A stretch of DNA of 64,000 nt from an uncultured virus (IMG/VR IMGVR_UViG_3300037424_001446) (taxonomy: Duplodnaviria > Heunggongvirae > Uroviricota > Caudoviricetes), in the IMG/VR virus record IMGVR_UViG_3300037424_001446, one strand, 5' to 3'. Shown here piece after piece: positions 57,573 through 64,000 of the stretch. Under the pieces are notes generated by a model. That model was not told the DNA's origin. It searched no databases and saw only the letters and a list, made by a program, of their open reading frames with translations. The stretch's first letter is position 1. Each line of letters begins with the position of its first letter. A program made the translations under genes and the position numbers.

Positions 57573-57917
57573 TTACTCTTTATACAACTCCGGATGCTCA
57601 TATCTTGAATATTTCCCATGCTTGAAGTTTTTGCTGTTCACTCCCCCGGGGGTCTTTCCGCCGTGTAATTTACAACGACCATTCGCCATGGCCCAACTTC
57701 GACATAGCTTTCCCGATCTGGTTTTAGCTCCACATAGCTTATGAGCCGGCTCATCTTCCCGATGAAAGTATTTGGAATATTTCCCATGCTTGAACCTTTT
57801 ACTGGCTATGCCCTTCAGGGATAATCCCCCATGCATCCGGCAGCGCCCATTTTTCATGGGCAAATTCTGGCATGGATTTCCGCTTTTTGTTCTGGCGCCA
57901 CAAATATTTGAACTCAT
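57573..57917 (-). CDS. Tandem HGGxSTG-like domain protein
   Basis: Two CGAxTxSG..C...GRC..HGG...KHGKYS units. Confidence 0.85.
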   Translation of the reverse strand: MSSNICGARTKSGNPCQNLPMKNGRCRMHGGLSLKGIASKRFKHGKYSKYFHREDEPAHKLCGAKTRSGKLCRSWAMANGRCKLHGGKTPGGVNSKNFKHGKYSRYEHPELYKE

Positions 57918-57977
57918 TTCAACCCTCCGTAAGCCTACCAAAAGCCCATCAAAGCAATGAGATTATTATAACCTGTT

Positions 57978-58014
57978 AAAAGAAAACCGCCCGGGGCGGG
58001 GTGTGCCCGGGCGG
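57978..58014 (-). terminator. Intrinsic terminator ending the leftward early operon
   Basis: CCGCCCGGG stem plus TTTTCTTTT; a TATAAT for the terminase operon follows. Confidence 0.8.
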
Positions 58015-58040
58015 CATAACGATCCAACCCCAACGGAGGG

Positions 58041-58427
58041 CTAGGGAAGGTACCCATATTGTAACATAAATGACCAGGCAATTACCAGGAAAATCCCCAA
58101 ACCGATTAAGCAAGATCCCAAAATCACTAAAACCCATACCCCGCCGGAATGTGTTTCAATTGGCTGACCGGGATCCGCTTCACTATCTCCCGGAGGAAAT
58201 ACCCCCTCCGGCCAGGTAATGAAAAAGCTCTGCTGGCAATTGCGGCATAACCCCACGATGAAATTTTGCGTTTTATTTTTCTCTTCCGCGCTCATTTCCT
58301 GAATCGTTATTCTGCGACTGCAGCACGATGGGCAGCTAATATATTCCCCTCCATAGACCCGCCCCAACGTGGCGCCAACGCGCTCTATGTACTTCCGAAC
58401 GGTACTATTCAGCTCCGGGTATTTCAT
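58041..58427 (-). CDS. Zn-ribbon membrane protein
   Basis: CPSC...CRNC and a C-terminal TM helix. Confidence 0.7.
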   Translation of the reverse strand: MKYPELNSTVRKYIERVGATLGRVYGGEYISCPSCCSRRITIQEMSAEEKNKTQNFIVGLCRNCQQSFFITWPEGVFPPGDSEADPGQPIETHSGGVWVLVILGSCLIGLGIFLVIAWSFMLQYGYLP

Positions 58428-58644
58428 TCGATTGTACCTCCCTCAATTTAGATTCTGCCTCAAATAATGCCAGGATCAGCCGGCTTTCAATGGGTTGGAT
58501 GGTGTCGGAATACCAGATCTGGTAATCCGCCTCTGAAAGAGCCTGGCGCAACTGCCCCAAAACATCTGCCAGGGCGGCGCGGGGGCCATCCTTCAAACAG
58601 TCTGTATCGATCCTTCCGCGTATGGTCCACCCGGGTTGGGGCAT
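58405..58644 (-). CDS. Hypothetical protein
   Basis: Coupled operon gene. Confidence 0.6.
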   Translation of the reverse strand: MPQPGWTIRGRIDTDCLKDGPRAALADVLGQLRQALSEADYQIWYSDTIQPIESRLILALFEAESKLREVQSNEIPGAE

Positions 58645-59042
58645 TATTTTACCTCTGAAACATCGATTTCAACGGAAACGAACTGGCCAGCCTGAAGCAT
58701 AGCCCCTTTCAGGGCGGATATGCGCTGAGGATTATCGTAATCGATCGCCCAAAACCACCTGGCAGCCATGTATAACGCCTCCAGGGCTGATCTAACTGCC
58801 CGCTCCGTTTCCTTCAAAACCTTGATTTGTTCGGTCAGGGAAATGATCACGATGCCGCGAGCCTTGGCCGTTTGTTGCTGGATATCGGCGCGCCTGGCTT
58901 CCGCCGCTACTCGCTCTTCCCAATCTTTCAGGCTGCCATCTTTGAGCATCTTCTCCGACTGAGCTTTCAGGCTTAACTTCAATTGGGCATTTTCAATCCG
59001 TAGCATTTCAATTTGCTCTTCTGAGCTGATTATTTCATCCAT
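58644..59042 (-). CDS. Coiled-coil hypothetical protein
   Basis: Coupled operon gene. Confidence 0.6.
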   Translation of the reverse strand: MDEIISSEEQIEMLRIENAQLKLSLKAQSEKMLKDGSLKDWEERVAAEARRADIQQQTAKARGIVIISLTEQIKVLKETERAVRSALEALYMAARWFWAIDYDNPQRISALKGAMLQAGQFVSVEIDVSEVK

Positions 59043-59236
59043 CGGCTGTTTTTCCTTTGAGATCTAGGCCGGGTTATCCACATAAACCCCCATGCGAAAA
59101 CCAGGAAGATAATCACGCCTGCCGGCACGGATAGGGAAACGGTATCCGGATTGCCCATGCAGATCAGGCCCCCAACCAATGCCAGGACTAGGGCCATCAA
59201 GAAAAGAACGGTAGTAAAAGAGATATTCATTTTCAT
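59030..59236 (-). CDS. Two-TM membrane protein
   Basis: Two hydrophobic stretches. Confidence 0.65.
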   Translation of the reverse strand: MKMNISFTTVLFLMALVLALVGGLICMGNPDTVSLSVPAGVIIFLVFAWGFMWITRPRSQRKNSRWMK

Positions 59237-59243
59237 TCACCTT

Positions 59244-59861
59244 TCATTCCATATAGGGCGGAAATTCGATCCGCCAAACCCTGGGATTGGTATCCCAGGG
59301 ATAACCACGTTTGGCATTAATTTCATTCCAAAGCATACAATAGGCATAGCGGTAAGGTAGATTTGCTACACCTTCGGATTTTGCATCCTCTTCGCTAATA
59401 TCCTGAAGCCTCTCGGGGCGGATAGATAAGATTGGCAACTCAAAACGGGATGCCCAGCGCGGCATAAAGATAGGTGACCTCCATTTACCAAAAAAATCCT
59501 TCCGATAATCGGCTGAATGATCATCGGTTGCCTTATACCAAACTTGAGGCCAGGAAAAATCGCCATATTGAATTTCCGAAGGCTTGAGATGATCCAATGT
59601 GTTTACAACTGCCCACGTTTCCCTGACCCATAGGGTATGCCCAGGCTTCCCGTAGGGACAATGAATCCAGGGATCGGGCTGGTGCCCGCCCGGATAACGA
59701 ACATGCACAGAAAAATAATCCGGGTCATCAATCCTGACTCCGTACCCCCACACATATTCAGGTTGCGGATTAATCACCCGCCGCGTTTGGGTTTTGCGCC
59801 CATCCATATAAGCGCGCACCATATTCGAACTGAATAGAATGGGATGGCTGGATTTGTTCAT
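59244..59861 (-). CDS. ASCH/PUA-like phage protein
   Basis: PILFS..MVRA..DGRKTQTRR, LWVRETW, WRSPIFMPRWASR, ERLQDIS. Confidence 0.85.
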   Translation of the reverse strand: MNKSSHPILFSSNMVRAYMDGRKTQTRRVINPQPEYVWGYGVRIDDPDYFSVHVRYPGGHQPDPWIHCPYGKPGHTLWVRETWAVVNTLDHLKPSEIQYGDFSWPQVWYKATDDHSADYRKDFFGKWRSPIFMPRWASRFELPILSIRPERLQDISEEDAKSEGVANLPYRYAYCMLWNEINAKRGYPWDTNPRVWRIEFPPYME

Positions 59862-60586
59862 TCGCTGCCCTTTACATCCCCTATCCCCATAATCGCCTGG
59901 GATGGGTCTTTGCCCTTGCTTTCCAGCAATTTAATGGCCTGAGGGAAATTCAGCCCGGATCGCTTTGCTTCAGCAAAATAAGGCAGGAACATCGTGGCAG
60001 GCCCATAATCCGGATCTTGTTTGGGGTCCAGGCCAGCGATTTCAGCAATCCGGATTGCGGCTTCTTCCGCTATAAGATAACGTTCCAAAGCGGTCAAGAG
60101 ATATTGGCGGCGCGCCAGGGGCGGAGCCTTGGGTCGATCTGGTTTCTTTTGATCGGCTTCCGCCTGGGCAGGCTCAGGCTTGCTGGCTTCCGCCTGGGCT
60201 GGCTTGTGGGCCGGCTTCTCTAACTCCAGCTTGCTTTGAACGGATGGGGGCAATGGTTTGGATTCAGACATTGCACGGAATTTCAACACGGTCAAGAAGT
60301 CGGTACTACCATCCGGCTTCTTGCCAATGGGCCGCGCGTACCAAAAACCGTTTGCCTGGCCATCCCGCTCTTTCCAATAACGCTTATATACCTGGCCATC
60401 GAACTCTACCAGGGTAGGGCCGGCAGGATCTTCCTGGACTATCCGGAAGCCTTCCGCCGCCCAATCGAATGTTTTGAACTCGGATAGGGCGCGGACAAAA
60501 ACCATCGGCGCGTTTTTCTCTTCCAGCGCGGCCGCTATCCGGTCTAATAGGTCCAAAACTTTGATCTGAAATTCATCCATTTTCAA
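59858..60586 (-). CDS. Deinococcus DdrB-like ssDNA-binding/annealing protein
   Basis: FDWAAEG...VEFDGQVYKR...WYAR...DG..DFLTVLKFR parallels the DdrB core as recalled. Confidence 0.6.
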   Translation of the reverse strand: MKMDEFQIKVLDLLDRIAAALEEKNAPMVFVRALSEFKTFDWAAEGFRIVQEDPAGPTLVEFDGQVYKRYWKERDGQANGFWYARPIGKKPDGSTDFLTVLKFRAMSESKPLPPSVQSKLELEKPAHKPAQAEASKPEPAQAEADQKKPDRPKAPPLARRQYLLTALERYLIAEEAAIRIAEIAGLDPKQDPDYGPATMFLPYFAEAKRSGLNFPQAIKLLESKGKDPSQAIMGIGDVKGSE

Positions 60587-61803
60587 CCTCGCTCTACAAT
60601 CCAGCCTGGGGGAATCTCATACCCATATTTATCAATGGCCCCGCGGATCAGATCCCAAACAATTTCATTGGGGATTTGTGGCCATGGCAGAGGGGCTGGC
60701 AGCTTGTCAAGTGGAAGAAGGCTTTCAAATTCCTTCTTTACAACCTCAGGATCCCAATTTACTGAGTAAAATTGAACGGGAAGAGATGGAAGAAGCTCAG
60801 AAATAGCCTGCATACATAATTCGACATCCCAATCCCGGGCCGGCCAAAAGACGATATCCTTTTCGATCAATATCACATGAGGAAACTTGATCAGGTGAAT
60901 TTTCCCCTTACGGATTACCCGGTAATATCCATCGGCATTGGGATCGTGAGATTCTAGCCAATCCTCAAACCATACCCCTTCAATCTCATCGGATAAATAT
61001 CCGGATGAATAGCGGATCTTGGCCAAATTCTCGGGCAGATCAAGAGCACTTATGAAATCATTAATAGCCGCCCAGGCCGGCTTCATAACCTTCTCTATTT
61101 GTTCCATCTGGCGATCAAGCGCGATCTTGAAATCCCGTTCCAGTCGATCTAATTCGGCCTCGCGCCTGGAATCCGCCAGTTGTTTTAAAACCGCCAGCTT
61201 TCTCGCGGCTTCTTTCTTGCTGCGTTGCTCTTCCAAAGCGGTTATGGCATCCTGGTATATAGCCTCGATATCCACTTGCGAGCCTGAGGGATCCGAGTAG
61301 AAATTCAATAATAAATCCCTGGCAGCTACAAGATCTTCAACGGTTTTCCCAAAATATATATCATGGGGTCTGAGGGTATCTTTGGCGCGCTGGATTTCCG
61401 TAGCATGCGTTTCCCGGAGATATTCCGGGAATCGCTGCGCCTGCTTATAAATAAAATCGCCCATTTGCATATCTTTGTTAAAGACTTTGGGCCTTATCCC
61501 ATGATAGGAAAAAAGCGCGGTGTTAATGCCGTTCTCATGCCAGAGATAAAAAGGCGTAATTCTCAGATCCTCAAGATTTACGTACAGCCTGACAACCGGA
61601 CTTTCTCTTCCGTGGCTTGCATCTGGCATTTCAATCGTTTCGGAAATATAGCCCTTGATTTCTTCCCACAACTGATCATCGAAAAGGGCCTTCAGGGCTT
61701 CCCTCTGCCTGGTTATGCTATCTTCTACGGCCTTTGCTTCATTCTGTCTCTTGAACTCTTCCATTTCCCGGCCTTGCTCGAGGATGCTCTTTAATACGCT
61801 CAT
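60583..61803 (-). CDS. Hypothetical protein
   Basis: 406 aa with a central coiled coil. Confidence 0.75.
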   Translation of the reverse strand: MSVLKSILEQGREMEEFKRQNEAKAVEDSITRQREALKALFDDQLWEEIKGYISETIEMPDASHGRESPVVRLYVNLEDLRITPFYLWHENGINTALFSYHGIRPKVFNKDMQMGDFIYKQAQRFPEYLRETHATEIQRAKDTLRPHDIYFGKTVEDLVAARDLLLNFYSDPSGSQVDIEAIYQDAITALEEQRSKKEAARKLAVLKQLADSRREAELDRLERDFKIALDRQMEQIEKVMKPAWAAINDFISALDLPENLAKIRYSSGYLSDEIEGVWFEDWLESHDPNADGYYRVIRKGKIHLIKFPHVILIEKDIVFWPARDWDVELCMQAISELLPSLPVQFYSVNWDPEVVKKEFESLLPLDKLPAPLPWPQIPNEIVWDLIRGAIDKYGYEIPPGWIVERG

Positions 61804-62012
61804 TGCAAATCTCCCAATCTTGCCTCTATATCTGAATGGACCTGAATTAGAAATTCTTTGAACTCCACTAGCTGGTTATCCATTGCCGCAAATTCGAACA
61901 GTTTTTGTAGGATGTAATCTATCCAGCCGGCCCACCGGCCCGGGTTTTGGACCCCCAAAGAGATTACAAACCGCGCGGCATACGCTTCAATGTTATCGCC
62001 TATGCTGGGCAT
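61800..62012 (-). CDS. Hypothetical protein
   Basis: Coupled operon gene. Confidence 0.6.
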   Translation of the reverse strand: MPSIGDNIEAYAARFVISLGVQNPGRWAGWIDYILQKLFEFAAMDNQLVEFKEFLIQVHSDIEARLGDLQ

Positions 62013-62454
62013 GCATCAACCGCCTTTCCCAACTGGATTTACCTTTCCCCTTCCTGGCCAGCCGCTCAGCTTCTTCTTTGTGGATATCGAGAGGGGCATG
62101 ATCAAGAAAATCAGTGTAGTCATAGCGAAAATCTAGCTGATCCGGATCGATCCCAACCGTTTCAGGATCGCCAATCCGTTTGGCCTGTAGCAAAATCTGG
62201 CGGCATCGCTCCGCCCGCTCAGGATCACGAATCAAACGGAGGCAGCCCTTAAACGCGCGGGCGCCTCCCTTCCATTTACGAACTATCCATTTTTCGCTTT
62301 CCAGGGTAGAAAAAACTTGCTCAATCTTTTGGCCAGCCTGAAGCTGCCCGCCGCCCATGCGAATCCACTTTCCCCCAGGGCCTTCTTTCAGCTCGATTCC
62401 GAACCATTGGCCATTTAACTTTTGGAAATCGATCCTTGTGGTATCTTCCAACAT
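61993..62454 (-). CDS. Hypothetical protein
   Basis: AACGGAGG RBS; first gene after the leftward promoter. Confidence 0.7.
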   Translation of the reverse strand: MLEDTTRIDFQKLNGQWFGIELKEGPGGKWIRMGGGQLQAGQKIEQVFSTLESEKWIVRKWKGGARAFKGCLRLIRDPERAERCRQILLQAKRIGDPETVGIDPDQLDFRYDYTDFLDHAPLDIHKEEAERLARKGKGKSSWERRLMHAQHRR

Positions 62455-62521
62455 GCTTTACCTCCGTTATGTTAGACCGTTTGAAACCCTGCGTCCCAGG
62501 CACCCCGCCCGGATATCTACA

Positions 62522-62550
62522 ATCTTATCAGTTTATGTTTATCTTGTCAA
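62522..62550 (-). promoter_or_regulatory. Leftward sigma70 promoter
   Basis: TTGACA-N17-TAAGAT. Confidence 0.8.
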
Positions 62551-62560
62551 GATTTCCTTA

Positions 62561-62589
62561 TTGACAATCCGGAAAGTCTTTCATATAAT
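62561..62589 (+). promoter_or_regulatory. Rightward sigma70 promoter (perfect consensus)
   Basis: TTGACA-N17-TATAAT. Confidence 0.92.
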
Positions 62590-62613
62590 CAAGGGGAATA
62601 ATGGAGGTTATTT

Positions 62614-62841
62614 ATGGACACACAAACAGCAGGCGTTGAATACAAATCGAAGATCCCCGGGCTAATTGAAGAAAAAGGATTCACCATTAAACAGTTTGTG
62701 GCTTACTGTATGCTGGCAGGGATATCCCAAACCACGGCATATAAAATGGCCACAGGCGCAACCGATGTTTCTATCCCTTCCCTGGCCGCGGCCGCGGTTG
62801 TACTGAAAACCACCATCGGAAATCTATTAGAGATAGAATAA
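62614..62841 (+). CDS. XRE-family HTH regulator (Cro-like)
   Basis: AGISQTTAYKM...SIPSLAAAAVVL.TTIGNLL; GGAGGT RBS. Confidence 0.85.
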   Translation: MDTQTAGVEYKSKIPGLIEEKGFTIKQFVAYCMLAGISQTTAYKMATGATDVSIPSLAAAAVVLKTTIGNLLEIE

Positions 62842-62924
62842 CGGTTTTCGAATCGGCGCGGGGTAAACCGGTCAATCTGCCGGCAATCTCCCGCGGGCGC
62901 GCAAGCGACCGCGGTTTTATATCT

Positions 62925-63179
62925 ATGAGCGCAATTAATTTTTCGGCTTTACCAAAAGGAACTCAGGCCAGAGTAGCAAATTTGCGGAAGGCAACCGCAC
63001 GGCCCGTTTATGTTAAGTTTGATGGGCGCATCTGGCATCTCCGCCAGGTGCCGATATTTCCTGTTGGCTCATGGAAATATGGCCGCGTGGAAACCGTCTT
63101 AGAAGATGCTGGGTATAAGATGGTCATTGGGAAAGGTGCATTGGAGGCATATCTTGAAGATCAAAGGAAAAACAGCTAA
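62925..63179 (+). CDS. Hypothetical protein
   Basis: 84 aa ORF in the rightward operon. Confidence 0.6.
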   Translation: MSAINFSALPKGTQARVANLRKATARPVYVKFDGRIWHLRQVPIFPVGSWKYGRVETVLEDAGYKMVIGKGALEAYLEDQRKNS

Positions 63180-63612
63180 GATTGACCTGATAGCGCCAAT
63201 CGTGATGGACGAAATTGGGCGCCGGCGTGGATTTGACAATCGGATTAGCCAAAGCCGGCTATCTTCCATCTGTTCAAGGGCGATCAACACAAAGGTAACG
63301 GATCGGGAAATTGAAAAGGCAGTACAGGTTTTGAAACTATCCCGCCCAGGGTGTATGATTGCCTCGACTGTGAAAGAGGGCGGGGGGTATTTCATGGTAG
63401 AGACAAAGCGCGGGCTATTGTATTGGCTGAAAGCTGAAATTGTCAGGATCCGGGAAAATTCCAGGCGGATCAGGGAACAATTACACCTGGCAGGCATGGA
63501 AGAAGATGAGGTGGAACAATTATGGCTGCCTGGCTTCGCATTTGATGAGGAAGATCCGGAATCTGGTTACAGATTCCAGGTGACCGAAGGGGGGCAAATT
63601 AAATTCCTATGA
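63106..63612 (+). CDS. wHTH-like hypothetical protein
   Basis: TDREIEKAVQVL...IAST...GGYF pattern; start uncertain. Confidence 0.6.
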   Translation: MLGIRWSLGKVHWRHILKIKGKTAKIDLIAPIVMDEIGRRRGFDNRISQSRLSSICSRAINTKVTDREIEKAVQVLKLSRPGCMIASTVKEGGGYFMVETKRGLLYWLKAEIVRIRENSRRIREQLHLAGMEEDEVEQLWLPGFAFDEEDPESGYRFQVTEGGQIKFL

Positions 63613-64000
63613 TCAGCCAACAGGAAATATTACTCTTCCGATCGATAAAGAGTGAAGCCATAATCCTGATCCTCATGCTCCGGATGGATAAGCCAACTGG
63701 TGAAACGGAAATCAGTGAAATCCTGGATATGCATCCTGAAACGGTCAGGAGCAAACTCCGCGGCCTGGCCAGGCTGGGCCTGATCACCAGGACCCATCAC
63801 AAACAGGGTTATATCTTGACCGGGGCCGGCTCTCAGATCGTTTTGGGAGCAACCGCGGAAAATCCGCGGTTGGAGGTTTCTTCTATTACTGAATCTCTTA
63901 ATAAGTTAAATACTATTAATACAGTAGTAATAGAAGGAGCAACCGCGGGAATCCCGCGGTTGCTCCCCGATTCGGCCCAAAATGTGGAAAACCCTGTGGA
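63609..64000 (+). CDS. Replication initiator-like protein with N-terminal wHTH, 3'-truncated
   Basis: MISQQE...ETEISEILDMHPETVRSKLRGLARLGLI; frame runs off the window; contains origin-like repeats. Confidence 0.7.
   Translation, partial: MISQQEILLFRSIKSEAIILILMLRMDKPTGETEISEILDMHPETVRSKLRGLARLGLITRTHHKQGYILTGAGSQIVLGATAENPRLEVSSITESLNKLNTINTVVIEGATAGIPRLLPDSAQNVENPV
63846..63966. other. Candidate replication origin
   Basis: Two AACCGCGG-N5-CCGCGGTT palindromes flanking an AT-rich core. Confidence 0.6.

Noticed and set aside
1..64000. tRNA, rRNA or IS elements
   Set aside because: None recognised by eye; tRNAscan-SE and ISEScan runs would be needed to exclude them formally.

Overview
This 64 kb window looks like most of one temperate tailed-phage genome; no host genes are evident. 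A Chloroflexota host is only a guess from protein style. Left to right it holds accessory genes (FtsK-like ATPase, kinase and methyltransferase pair, C5 DNA methyltransferase with a nested alternative-frame gene, DUF4942, tyrosine recombinase, adenine methylase), then a long minus-strand late region running terminase, portal, head, glycosylation, tail and lysis. An early region follows, with perfect divergent sigma70 promoters, an XRE regulator and a truncated replication initiator carrying origin-like palindromes. The standout is a ~15 kb insert (38.6-53.8 kb) between portal and prohead protease. There, six proteins are divided into modules by 13 copies of one peptide tag, KH-L-x-G-x-H-D-Q-x-x-H-G-x-W. 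Most tags precede an effector-like domain: JAB, two classes of ADP-ribosyltransferase, three HExxH metallopeptidases, HD hydrolase and ddrB-ParB. A matching GTRLKH site lies at the capsid N-terminus, and the prohead protease carries a 2H phosphoesterase. I infer a tag-directed, protease-processed head-cargo system. Other notable items are a duplicated covarying attenuator-like leader RNA, a candidate bipartite antisense RNA, a virion glycosylation cluster, a probable +1 tail-chaperone frameshift and a DdrB-like SSB. All family calls come from motifs recognised by eye; no searches were run.
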